DNA from: Candidatus Gastranaerophilales bacterium | GTDB lineage: Bacteria > Cyanobacteriota > Vampirovibrionia > Gastranaerophilales > Gastranaerophilaceae | Reading direction: 5' to 3' | DNA length: 64,000 nucleotides | NCBI GenBank assembly: GCA_944325585.1 | Contig: CALVAS010000001.1 | Span: 7,283-71,282 of the forward strand | In this document: piece by piece, positions 1-8,540 of the stretch | Layout of the letters: each line of letters starts with the position of its first letter | How positions within the stretch are numbered: position 1 is the stretch's first letter | Position numbers and translations under genes: made by a program | The notes under the pieces: generated by a model | What the model was told of the DNA's origin: nothing | The model's database searches: none | The model's input: only the letters and a program-made list of their open reading frames with translations

Positions 1-71
1 ACCTCAGGTGAATAATCAAAACTCCATTTTAAAATTGTTCCGTCAATGTCGGTTGCAACCATTTTAATCAT
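1..71 (-). CDS. HAD-superfamily (Cof-like) hydrolase, N-terminal fragment running off the window
   Basis: The minus strand from ATG 71..69 reads MIKMVATDIDGTILKWSFDYSPE. DxDGT(I/L)L is HAD motif I. The ATG overlaps the TAA of the upstream Nudix gene (TAATG). Confidence 0.45.
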   Translation of the reverse strand, partial: MIKMVATDIDGTILKWSFDYSPE

Positions 72-604
72 TATTCAAGCCCTCTCATAACAGCGCATAT
101 TGTTTTGGCGTCCGTAATTTCTCCGTTCTTTATCATGTTTTTGATTTCATCAGGCGTATATTCATATTCAATTAGAATTTCACCTTCATCAGGGCATTCT
201 CCGACAAATTCCAAATCGGTTGCTTTATAAAGATATAATTTTTCATCGCTGTAGCCGGGAGATGTAAAAATACAACCCAAATCCTGCCAGTTTTTTGCCG
301 TATAACCGGTTTCTTCGGTCAGTTCTCGTTTTGCGGCTTCAAACGGGTCTTCATTCTTTTCCAGTTTTCCCGCCGGAAGCTCCAGAAGAGCATTTTTCAG
401 CGGATACCGGAATTGTTTAACCATAAGAACTTTTTCAATGCCGTCTTTTTTGCATATTGCAAGAATTACGACTCCGCCCGAGTGTTCGACAACTTCTCTA
501 AAAGACGTTTTTCCTGTCGAAAGCTCAACTTCATCTTTGTAAACGGTTATTATTTTTCCCTCATAAACAACTTCACTTGCTAAAGTCTTTTCAATCAAAT
601 CCAT
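71..604 (-). CDS. nudF: Nudix hydrolase, ADP-ribose pyrophosphatase-like
   Basis: Nudix box GKLEKNEDPFEAAKRELTEETG, and EVVEHSGGVVILA as in NudF. I trimmed the start to MDLIEK (ATG 604..602), because the longer track ORF would run through an independent promoter and mini-ORF locus. Confidence 0.75.
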   Translation of the reverse strand: MDLIEKTLASEVVYEGKIITVYKDEVELSTGKTSFREVVEHSGGVVILAICKKDGIEKVLMVKQFRYPLKNALLELPAGKLEKNEDPFEAAKRELTEETGYTAKNWQDLGCIFTSPGYSDEKLYLYKATDLEFVGECPDEGEILIEYEYTPDEIKNMIKNGEITDAKTICAVMRGLE

Positions 605-665
605 ATTCAATCTTAACCCTCTTTTATAAAAGTTTAGCATAAAAAGAGAAAGATTTTTAACAAAG

Positions 666-694
666 TTGATTATTAATAATATTTCCGTTATAAT
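666..694 (+). promoter_or_regulatory. Sigma70-type promoter of mini-ORF locus 1 (TTGATT-17-TATAAT)
   Basis: -35 at 666..671, -10 at 689..694. Predicted TSS near 701, at GAGGGTAAG. Confidence 0.5.
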
Positions 695-770
695 AAATTT
701 GAGGGTAAGTTCCAAACACCTCCCCTGTCACAGACAGTTTACGAAGAAAACGACAGAAAGGAGGTGCATA

Positions 771-845
771 ATGAAAAGGCGAATAATAAAAGATGCCCTA
801 ACGCTAATAGGACATCTCTTACAAATTATTTCAATTTTCTTATAG
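771..845 (+). CDS. 24-aa hydrophobic mini-protein (type I toxin-like), copy 1: MKRRIIKDALTLIGHLLQIISIFL
   Basis: SD GGAGGTG (760..766) lies 4 nt before the ATG. 5'-UTR CACCTCC-c-CTGTC (717..729) is complementary to GACAG-aaa-GGAGGTG (752..766). Paralogous to the ORFs at 47024..47098 and 36847..36918. Confidence 0.6.
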   Translation: MKRRIIKDALTLIGHLLQIISIFL

Positions 846-895
846 GGAACGAAGAACGGGTTGGATGTAAACGGCATTCCAATCCGTTTCCCTAT
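783..895 (-). ncRNA. Antisense sRNA (antitoxin-like), copy 1
   Basis: Minus-strand promoter TTGACA(929..924)-16-TATAAT(907..902). Stem TAGGGAA...TTCCCTA. Terminator hairpin at 791..817 (inside the mini-ORF) followed by a U run. The ends are predicted, not measured. Confidence 0.5.
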
Positions 896-948
896 ATGTA
901 TATTATAACCTCTTTTTTGACTTTGTCAATCCATGTGCAAAAGTATGA

Positions 949-2121
949 CTAAAGAGCTCTTATAATAGACTTGATGTTTTCGTCCGTAATCTTCAACAGC
1001 GCAACCTGTCTTGAGGTGTCGTCAAGCTCGTTGTGAGCTTTTAAAACTTCGGCGGTTTTTACAATAATTGTCTGGTTGCTGCACTTCAAAAGTTCTCTTA
1101 CCGCATACATATCCTGCGCAAAATCAAGCGCTGTATATACAAAAGGGCTGTCCTCACTCAATTCCTGATTAACAAAACAGAGAAGCTCTTTTTTGTTTAT
1201 ATGGCCTAAGAGTTTTTTGATATCAATAATTTCTTTTTTTGTTTCCTTGTCTTCATCATAAAGATATTCGTCATTTTCCGTCAGCGTTTCAAACTTTTCG
1301 TTCGCATTCAGAAGCACAATTGCTGTTTTGCTGTCGTCAGCGTTAACCATAAGCCTTTCAAAAAGCTCGTATAATTCATAGTCAAACACGGATGAAAGCG
1401 GGATAATTTCACCGAGACCGTTAATGATATTATTCAAAACCAGCAGTCCGTTTTCCAAATCATTTTCAAGAATCGTAAAAATTTCTGTTAAATACGGAAT
1501 TTCTGCCGCGATATTTTCAGACATTGTAGAGTTTTTCATTGCTTCAATAATCGGGTAAAGCGCTTCTTGATTTCCGTAGGCTGTTAGAAATTTGACTGCT
1601 TTTAACTGTTCAAATTCATCTTCTGACTTGAGGGCTGCAAGCGCGTTGGTGTATGAAATTTCATCTTTCATTGCGCCGAGTGCGGCAGCGCAGTTTGCAT
1701 TCAAAAATTCATCTTCTGTTCGGGCATTTTTTCTCAAAAGTTCCAGCGCAAGCGGATCCTGAATATATGTGAAGAATTTGGCGCAGTAAGTCTTTTCATC
1801 ATTTGTACCGGATTCAAAGATTTCGAGCATTCTGTCGGTCAAATCTTCGTCTGCGTACTTGACAAGGGTTGAAATAATTGCATCTTCGTAGGAAGGCGAA
1901 TAATATTTTAAGAATGAGAGAAGATTTTTGTAATTGGTTTCGTTGACTGCGTTCAAAATCCTCTCTGAAACATTTTGTTTGACAAAATCAAAGAGGAAAT
2001 CGTCTTTTTCGACAAGCGCCTTAAACATTTCAACATCAGCCGTATTTACAAGACGGCAGGCTGCGGCTTCGTACTCCTGTTTGTTTTTGCCCGTGAGTTG
2101 TTTAATTAAATCCTCGACCAT
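949..2121 (-). CDS. HEAT/PBS-lyase-like repeat protein, function unknown
   Basis: All-helical, repeat-like sequence (…AAALGAMKDE…LKAVKFLTAYGNQEALYPIIEAM…). Start moved to MVEDLIKQL (ATG 2121..2119), because the upstream codons coincide with a promoter. Confidence 0.5.
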   Translation of the reverse strand: MVEDLIKQLTGKNKQEYEAAACRLVNTADVEMFKALVEKDDFLFDFVKQNVSERILNAVNETNYKNLLSFLKYYSPSYEDAIISTLVKYADEDLTDRMLEIFESGTNDEKTYCAKFFTYIQDPLALELLRKNARTEDEFLNANCAAALGAMKDEISYTNALAALKSEDEFEQLKAVKFLTAYGNQEALYPIIEAMKNSTMSENIAAEIPYLTEIFTILENDLENGLLVLNNIINGLGEIIPLSSVFDYELYELFERLMVNADDSKTAIVLLNANEKFETLTENDEYLYDEDKETKKEIIDIKKLLGHINKKELLCFVNQELSEDSPFVYTALDFAQDMYAVRELLKCSNQTIIVKTAEVLKAHNELDDTSRQVALLKITDENIKSIIRAL

Positions 2122-2128
2122 AAAACAG

Positions 2129-2157
2129 ATTATAACACAGAAAAAATAGTTTATCAA
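2129..2157 (-). promoter_or_regulatory. Promoter TTGATA-17-TGtTATAAT, placing the TSS at or next to the ATG (leaderless candidate)
   Basis: -35 at 2157..2152, extended -10 at 2137..2129, and only 7 nt to ATG 2121. Confidence 0.45.
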
Positions 2158-2192
2158 TTTGGCAATTTGTTTGTTCGGATTAATATCTCACA

Positions 2193-2281
2193 CCTTCTCA
2201 CCGCGTCGGGCGATGGGAGAAATTTTACTAAATTTACGTCTTCCTTCTTCCCATGGCGGGAGAAGGCGGTACGAAGTGCCG
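2193..2281 (+). ncRNA. Candidate structured RNA: three consecutive GC-rich hairpins
   Basis: Plus-strand promoter TTGGCA(2159..2164)-16-TAATAT(2181..2186). Hairpins at 2195..2221, 2243..2266 and 2267..2281. The G-U pairs work only on the plus strand. No class recognised. Confidence 0.3.
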
Positions 2282-2293
2282 GATTAGGGGGAG

Positions 2294-2506
2294 TTATTGC
2301 ATAAACAATTTATAAACATCAATTTCCAGCGCATCCGCAATAAGACATAATCTTTTTATACTCGGAGTCTTTCTGCCACGTTCAATTTCAGACAAATAAT
2401 CACATGAGATTCCGGCTTTTTCGCTCAAAACCTCCTGCGATAATTTTTTCTCTGTTCGATATTTTTTAATATTTGATTGTAACAGTAAAATCGTGCTATT
2501 TGCCAT
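2294..2506 (-). CDS. XRE-family helix-turn-helix transcriptional regulator
   Basis: KKLSQEVLSEKAGISCDYLSEIERGRKTPSIKRL is a typical HTH_3/Cro-C1 motif. Confidence 0.8.
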   Translation of the reverse strand: MANSTILLLQSNIKKYRTEKKLSQEVLSEKAGISCDYLSEIERGRKTPSIKRLCLIADALEIDVYKLFMQ

Positions 2507-2556
2507 ACTTTTATTTTAGTGGTAAACTGTTTTTATAAACACAGGCAAATAGCACG
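2492..2556. promoter_or_regulatory. 13-bp perfect inverted repeat bracketing the divergent XRE/2566 promoter region
   Basis: cgtgctatttgcc (2492..2504, overlapping the XRE start codon) and ggcaaatagcacg (2544..2556, just upstream of the SD of the 2566 gene). Confidence 0.5.
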
Positions 2557-2565
2557 GAGAAAATC

Positions 2566-2913
2566 ATGACAGAAAATATAACGGAAACAGCATATGAAAC
2601 ATTGAAAAAACAAAAAGAATTGTTTTTCGACAAAAACTATCTTAAATCAAAACCTTTTAACGATATAATCTACGATATTTTTAAACCTTTTACACCCAAA
2701 TATCTCTCCTCAATTCTTATGTTTCAGCTTGCAGCAGAGGTTGCACTTTTTATCCGCTATTCGCCGGAAATTTATGAAAACTACACCCGTCAGGACAAAA
2801 ATAATCTGAAAACTTTCCTGAAAAACATGAGACTGATAACCCGCCACCTGAACAAAGCAAACAATGCCCTGTATAACATCAGCGAATTGGTTAAAAATAA
2901 CGGCAATAAATAA
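2566..2913 (+). CDS. Hypothetical protein (115 aa), divergent from the XRE regulator
   Basis: Clean ORF with an AGCACGGAGA SD-like element. No motif recognised. Confidence 0.45.
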   Translation: MTENITETAYETLKKQKELFFDKNYLKSKPFNDIIYDIFKPFTPKYLSSILMFQLAAEVALFIRYSPEIYENYTRQDKNNLKTFLKNMRLITRHLNKANNALYNISELVKNNGNK

Positions 2914-2919
2914 CAAAAA

Positions 2920-3513
2920 CTAATCCAAATAGAACACAGTAATAACTTTGTGACCTTCTTCAGCGTATTGAACTGCGTTGTGAAGAGTTTTACTTGTGTG
3001 TGAAAGGAAACATATCAACTGATTACAATCGTCAATAATTTCTCTGTTACATACGCGTGAAGCGTCAGCAAGAGTCATCATAGCGCGATCCGCATGTTCA
3101 ATAATATTCGGAACCCCGATAAGCTGATCCTGAACGTCGCTCGGCTGCTGCCCGATTGTCTGAGGAAGAATAACCTTCAATTTATCGGGATTTGCTTTCA
3201 TAGCGCCTCTGATAGCAGCCGCGTTTGTACCTGAAGAGCCGCCTGAAGTGATGATGGTATTTCCCTGTCTTACAAGAGCTGTCGCAAGGGTTTCAATCAT
3301 CTGCTGGTGCGTAATCGGAAGGTTACGGCTCCCGATAATTGCAATTTTTTTGGCAGACTGTCTTATTGTTGCAAGTTCCTGAGCCAATTCATCAACCGTG
3401 TGCGGAGAATCTGCGCTCACTGTGTCCATATCATCTATCGGAACCATTATTGACGGTTGTTCGTCATTACCTTTGTCGTCCGCATCCAATAAAATTTCTT
3501 CTACATCTGCCAT
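2920..3513 (-). CDS. DprA/Smf-like Rossmann-fold protein (short form)
   Basis: IAIIGSRNLP…TSGGSSGTNAAAIRGAM resembles the DprA core vAIVGsR…SGlA.GiD.aAH.gAL. Confidence 0.5.
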   Translation of the reverse strand: MADVEEILLDADDKGNDEQPSIMVPIDDMDTVSADSPHTVDELAQELATIRQSAKKIAIIGSRNLPITHQQMIETLATALVRQGNTIITSGGSSGTNAAAIRGAMKANPDKLKVILPQTIGQQPSDVQDQLIGVPNIIEHADRAMMTLADASRVCNREIIDDCNQLICFLSHTSKTLHNAVQYAEEGHKVITVFYLD

Positions 3514-3608
3514 TTTTCCTACTTTCTGAGATAAATCACAATTGCAATAAATATTTTTTTCAAGTATGCTGATTATAACACAAAAATTTAATTTTGGGAA
3601 TAGGGAGC

Positions 3609-6158
3609 ATGGAAAATCTACTTGAAAATCTTAACAAGGAGCAGAAAGACGCTGTTCAAACGGTTAAAGGCCCGCTGTTGATACTGGCAGGAGCCGGAAG
3701 CGGAAAGACAAAAGTTTTAACAACAAGGATTGCCTATCTTGTGCGTCAGGGTGTGCGTCCGAAAGACATTTTAGCCGTAACATTTACCAATAAAGCCGCA
3801 AAAGAAATGAAAGAACGTCTTGGAAATATTTTGGGCGAAAATACCGTAAAATTTATGTGGGTCGGCACTTTCCACGGAATTTGCGGAAGGATTCTGCGTG
3901 AAAACATTGACAACTACAACTTCCAGTCAGGCAAAAAACTGGACAAAAATTTCTCAATCTATGACGAAACCGACAGCGTTGCGGTGATTAAGCAGGCTAT
4001 CAAAAAGCTTAACCTTGATGACAAAGTTTATCAGCCAAAACTCGTTAAATCAGTTATTTCCAATGCAAAAAACAAAATGCAGGATGCATACACATTCGCA
4101 ACCTTTGCAAGAGATTTTAAGTCCCAAAAAATTGCCTCAATTTATGAAGAATACGAAAATGCTCTCAACAACAACAATGCAATCGACTTTGACGATATGC
4201 TTATGCTGACCGTAAAACTTCTTGAACAAAACGCTCAGGTCAGAGAATATTATTACAACAGATTTAAGCATATTCTTGTCGACGAGTATCAGGACACAAA
4301 CCTTGCGCAGTACAGATTGGTTAAAATGCTCTACACAAACAACCTGACTGATGTTTCTGAAGAACGTTCGCTTTGCGTTGTTGGTGATGTCGACCAGTCA
4401 ATTTACAGCTGGCGAGGCGCAGATTATACGATTATCCTGAACTTCCAGAAAGACTTCAAAAACACAAAAGTAATCAAACTGGAACAAAATTACCGCTCAA
4501 CCGCCAATATTTTGAATGTTGCAAACGCAATTATAGAGAACAATACCGAACGTGTGGACAAAGTTCTATATTCTAATAAGGGCGAGGGCGAAAAGATAGA
4601 TTATTACGAAGCGCAGGACGAAGCGGACGAAGCAAACTTTATTGTAAGCCGTATCAAGCAGGATTCCGGCGGGGATTACAACCGCTACGCAATCCTTTAC
4701 CGTACAAATTCGCAGTCACGTGCGCTTGAAGAAGCCTGCATGGCCGCCTCAGTGCCATATAGAATTTACGGCGGCTTAAAATTCTATGACAGAAAAGAAA
4801 TTAAAGATATTATTGCATACTTAAAACTTATCTACAATACTGACGACAGCCAGAGCTTCCGCCGTATCGTGAACGTTCCAAAACGTGCAATAGGCGACAC
4901 AACAGTAAAAAATCTTCAGGATTATGCGGACAAATTCGATATTTCGCTTTTTGCGGCCGCCGAAAGAATCGACGAAAACAGTGATATTCCGCCAAGAACC
5001 CGCTCCAAAATCAAAGATTTTGCAGAATTGATTTTGAAATTCAAAGACGCACAAAAGAATTATTCATTGCAGGAATTTGTGACACTCGTAATCGAAAAAA
5101 CAGGATATCTGGCAGAACTTCAGGCGCAGAACACACCTGAAAGCGAAGCTGATATTGAAAACCTTCAGGAACTTGTAAACGTTGCGGGCGAATTTGTACC
5201 CGAAGACAGCGAAAATGTCTTAGGCGAATTTTTACAGCAGGTTGCCCTTGTGTCAGACACGGACAACCTTGACAATATCGCAAACAACGTAACTTTGATG
5301 ACTTTACACTCAGCAAAAGGTCTGGAATTTCCGATAGTATTTCTTGCAGGCTGCGACGAAGGTGTTTTCCCGCACCAGAGAACGTTTAATGTGCCTTCCG
5401 AAATGGAAGAAGAGCGAAGACTGATGTATGTAGGTGTTACAAGGGCAGAAGAAAAACTTTACCTGACATCAGCCAAGCGCCGTCAGATGTGGGGAGAATA
5501 CAAATATTACAACCCCTCAAGGTTTATTGAAGAAATTCCGCGCCAGCTTTTGGAAATGACTTCATTTGAAGGCTCGACAAGCGGTTCTTCAACATTCCAG
5601 AATGCGGTTTCCAAAGCCAGAACAGGCAAATCCGACTACAATTACTCAGCAGCACAGGCCGACAGCTACGGTTATGTAAAACCCTCAAGCGGATTCGGTA
5701 AAGGCTTTGTCGCCCCGACAAAAGGGCTTGCCTCGGGCGGTAAAACAAATACAAGTTCTGGCACTCAACAGCAAAAACAAACTTACGGCAATTACAGCCA
5801 GCCTCAAAGAACTCCTTCCCGCACAATTTTGGTCAAAAACAAAGTGAACAAAGAGCGGGATGAAGAAAAAGTAAAAGAATTCTTTAAAGACAACGCAATC
5901 AAAAGAATGCTCGAAGAACGCAACAAGCAGGCTGCAGAACAAAAACAGAAAGAACAGGAAAAAATTGAAAAAGAACAGAGTTCGCCTGTAGTAGAGTATG
6001 TTTTTAACGAAGGTGAACGTGTTTTTCACGAAAAACTCGGAATCGGTCACATCAAAGAAGTTATTCATGTAGGTGACAGCATGATGTACACGATAGACTT
6101 CGGCAAACAGGGCGTCAAGGCTATGGATGCGGCGTATGCCAAGTTGAAGAAGTTTTAG
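3609..6158 (+). CDS. pcrA: ATP-dependent DNA helicase PcrA/UvrD
   Basis: AGAGSGKT, DEYQDTN and QNYRS motifs. The C-terminal low-complexity linker plus Tudor-like end (GERVFHEKLGIGHI) is typical of PcrA. ATG 3609 follows a GGGAG SD. Confidence 0.9.
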   Translation: MENLLENLNKEQKDAVQTVKGPLLILAGAGSGKTKVLTTRIAYLVRQGVRPKDILAVTFTNKAAKEMKERLGNILGENTVKFMWVGTFHGICGRILRENIDNYNFQSGKKLDKNFSIYDETDSVAVIKQAIKKLNLDDKVYQPKLVKSVISNAKNKMQDAYTFATFARDFKSQKIASIYEEYENALNNNNAIDFDDMLMLTVKLLEQNAQVREYYYNRFKHILVDEYQDTNLAQYRLVKMLYTNNLTDVSEERSLCVVGDVDQSIYSWRGADYTIILNFQKDFKNTKVIKLEQNYRSTANILNVANAIIENNTERVDKVLYSNKGEGEKIDYYEAQDEADEANFIVSRIKQDSGGDYNRYAILYRTNSQSRALEEACMAASVPYRIYGGLKFYDRKEIKDIIAYLKLIYNTDDSQSFRRIVNVPKRAIGDTTVKNLQDYADKFDISLFAAAERIDENSDIPPRTRSKIKDFAELILKFKDAQKNYSLQEFVTLVIEKTGYLAELQAQNTPESEADIENLQELVNVAGEFVPEDSENVLGEFLQQVALVSDTDNLDNIANNVTLMTLHSAKGLEFPIVFLAGCDEGVFPHQRTFNVPSEMEEERRLMYVGVTRAEEKLYLTSAKRRQMWGEYKYYNPSRFIEEIPRQLLEMTSFEGSTSGSSTFQNAVSKARTGKSDYNYSAAQADSYGYVKPSSGFGKGFVAPTKGLASGGKTNTSSGTQQQKQTYGNYSQPQRTPSRTILVKNKVNKERDEEKVKEFFKDNAIKRMLEERNKQAAEQKQKEQEKIEKEQSSPVVEYVFNEGERVFHEKLGIGHIKEVIHVGDSMMYTIDFGKQGVKAMDAAYAKLKKF

Positions 6159-6229
6159 TGAAGGAGACAATTCTAAAAATAAAAAATGCATTTCGGTAAT
6201 TGGTAGGTTGCAGTTTATTTGTTAGAAAA

Positions 6230-6454
6230 TTAGTCTATTTTGTAATCAAATATTTTGAAAAATTCAGCCAGAGTAATATCAAGAGCATTGCAGATTGCAT
6301 TGATTGTTGAAATTTTAGTGCACTTTATGCCTTTTTCTGCATAACTTACACAACTTTTTGACAAATCGGCAGTCCATGCAAGTTTTTCGGCTGTAAAGGA
6401 TTTTTCTTTTCTGAGAGCAAGTATTCGTTTTGCAATATGTTCGTTGATGTTCAT
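6230..6454 (-). CDS. XRE-family HTH regulator (74 aa)
   Basis: RKEKSFTAEKLAWTADLSKSCVSYAEKG helix-turn-helix pattern. Confidence 0.7.
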   Translation of the reverse strand: MNINEHIAKRILALRKEKSFTAEKLAWTADLSKSCVSYAEKGIKCTKISTINAICNALDITLAEFFKIFDYKID

Positions 6455-6461
6455 AGTAATA

Positions 6462-7898
6462 TTATTTAAACTTCCGCATCATTTTTAGAGCCTTGTTCAT
6501 TGCGTGTTTGCCCATTTTCGGATTTAAACCGCCCGGCATGTTCGGCATTCCCTTCATATTTGCAGGATTCGGCATTCCTCCTCCCATTTTTCCAAACATA
6601 CTCTTCATATCATACATTCCCTTCATCATCATCCGCATTTGTTCAAATTGTTTGACGTATGCGTTCACTTCCGCAAGTTCCATTCCTGCACCTTTTGCAA
6701 TACGTTTTTTGCGGCTTGTATCAATGAGTTCAGGTTTGTTACGCTCGGCCGGCGTCATACTTTGTATAAAAACTTCCATCCGTTTAAATTGTTTCTCTCC
6801 TTCATGTGAGATTTTGTCGCGGTCGTCTTTGCCAATATTCAATCCCGGAATCATACCCAGAATATTTCCCATTGAACCGAACATTTTCATCTGTTTTTGA
6901 AGGTTTAAAAAGTCATTGTATGAAAATTCTGACTTTGCCATTTTCGCTTCAAGTTCTTGGGCCTGTTTTTCATCAAAAACTTCCTGCGCACGCTCAACAA
7001 GAGAAACAATATCTCCCATTCCTAAAATTCTGGTTGCCATGCGCTCAGGGAAAAAATCCTCAAGTGCATGAAGTTTTTCGCCCGTACCTGTCAGTTTAAT
7101 TGGTTTTCCCGTGCAGTATGCTACACTTAATGCAGAACCTCCGCGGCTGTCACCGTCAAGTTTGGTTAAAATAAGACCGGTCAAACCAAGCTGTGCATCA
7201 AAGTTTTCCGCAACGTTAACAGCCTCCTGACCTGTCATTGCATCAATTACCAGAAGTTTTTCATCAGGGTGGAAAATCCTGTCAATCAAAAGAAGTTCCG
7301 CCATCATGTCCGTATCAATTTGCAGGCGGCCTGCAGTGTCAAGAATCAAAACATTAAAATTGCCGCTTTTTGCATATTCAATTGCTTTTTCAACAATATT
7401 TTGAACATCTTTGGATTCCGGAATTGTAAAAACTTCGGTTTCAATTTCTTTTCCTAATGTTTGAAGCTGGGTTATTGCTGCCGGTCTGTAAACGTCGCAG
7501 GCAACAAGAAGGGGATTTTTCCCTTCTTTTTTCAGTTTGACTGCAAGTTTTGCGCTTGATGTGGTTTTACCTGAACCCTGAAGCCCGAGCATCATAATTA
7601 ATGAAGGATTGCTTTTAAATTCAAGCGGTTTGCGCTCTTTTCCAAGAAGTTCTATTAATTCGTCATGAACGATTTTAACGAGCTGTTCGGACGGATTAAC
7701 CCCTTCAATTATTTTTTCACCTTCGGCTTTATCTCTTATTTTAGAAATGAATGATTTTACAACTCTGAGATTAACATCTGCTTCAAGCAATGCACGACGA
7801 ATTTCTCTTAGGGCATCATGCATATTTTCCTGCGTTAATTCCTGCCCCTTTGTTTTGCTTATGATGCTCTGTAACTTATCGCTTAAACTGTCAAACAT
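6462..7898 (-). CDS. ffh: Signal recognition particle protein Ffh
   Basis: GLQGSGKTT, DTAGR and TKLDGD GTPase motifs, with a Met-rich M domain at the C-terminus. Confidence 0.95.
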   Translation of the reverse strand: MFDSLSDKLQSIISKTKGQELTQENMHDALREIRRALLEADVNLRVVKSFISKIRDKAEGEKIIEGVNPSEQLVKIVHDELIELLGKERKPLEFKSNPSLIMMLGLQGSGKTTSSAKLAVKLKKEGKNPLLVACDVYRPAAITQLQTLGKEIETEVFTIPESKDVQNIVEKAIEYAKSGNFNVLILDTAGRLQIDTDMMAELLLIDRIFHPDEKLLVIDAMTGQEAVNVAENFDAQLGLTGLILTKLDGDSRGGSALSVAYCTGKPIKLTGTGEKLHALEDFFPERMATRILGMGDIVSLVERAQEVFDEKQAQELEAKMAKSEFSYNDFLNLQKQMKMFGSMGNILGMIPGLNIGKDDRDKISHEGEKQFKRMEVFIQSMTPAERNKPELIDTSRKKRIAKGAGMELAEVNAYVKQFEQMRMMMKGMYDMKSMFGKMGGGMPNPANMKGMPNMPGGLNPKMGKHAMNKALKMMRKFK

Positions 7899-7973
7899 TT
7901 TTTATCCCTTTTATAAATCTGATATTACCAGAATTATAACATGAAATTGCGGGAGAAAGAAATATTTATAGAA

Positions 7974-8408
7974 TTAGTCTTCAAACTCATCCAGAGTATC
8001 AGAATATTCAACTTTTTTTTCAGGTTTTTCTTTTACCTGCGGTTTCCAATCGGCAAAGTCTTCATCATTAAGATTATATGGATTATCCGTCAAATCTACC
8101 GGTTCAACATCATCATAGAAGGAATCGCGGTATTTTTTTATTTCTTCCGGTGTGAACAGGGGTTTGGGCGGTTTGGGATGAATGTCATGCACATATTTGT
8201 ACTGGTCAATCGTCATCATTTTAAGCGCTTTTGCCAGATTTTTCCATCTTTCAGCGTTGCTGTTAATAGGAAGATTAGGGTTATCAATAGGTTCCCAGTC
8301 TTCTGCTCCGTATCCGGATGTAAAACCGATATTTTTATTTTGCTGCTGTTTATTTGCTTGGCTGTAAGAATTAGAATAAGTTTTAAATGTATTAAAATGA
8401 ATTTGCAT
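7974..8408 (-). CDS. Hypothetical acidic protein (144 aa)
   Basis: GGTGAGGTG SD before the ATG. Its composition is more protein-like than the overlapping F-rich plus-strand ORF 7941..8441. Confidence 0.45.
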   Translation of the reverse strand: MQIHFNTFKTYSNSYSQANKQQQNKNIGFTSGYGAEDWEPIDNPNLPINSNAERWKNLAKALKMMTIDQYKYVHDIHPKPPKPLFTPEEIKKYRDSFYDDVEPVDLTDNPYNLNDEDFADWKPQVKEKPEKKVEYSDTLDEFED

Positions 8409-8540
8409 AGCACCTCACCAGTATTTTTTCATGAGAATTAAACACCGAAGATAAATTTATATGCTACCTTCATAGTAAAAATTTACATTATTTTACATAG
8501 TTTGTCAACCAAACATCATAAAAATGAATGATTTAATTTT

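Noticed and set aside
605-715. N-terminal 37-aa extension of the Nudix ORF.
   Set aside because: The extension is hydrophobic and low-complexity and lacks an SD. It would overlap the plus-strand promoter of locus 1, and the conserved Nudix-family start MDLIEK fits better.
764-952. Track ORF of 62 aa on the plus strand.
   Set aside because: It has an alternative start, no SD and odd composition. It spans the mini-ORF (in a different frame), the antisense sRNA and its promoter, so it is most likely spurious.
7941-8441. 166-aa plus-strand ORF.
   Set aside because: Its F/I-rich composition is typical of an antisense frame. The opposite-strand ORF 7974..8408 has an SD and protein-like composition.
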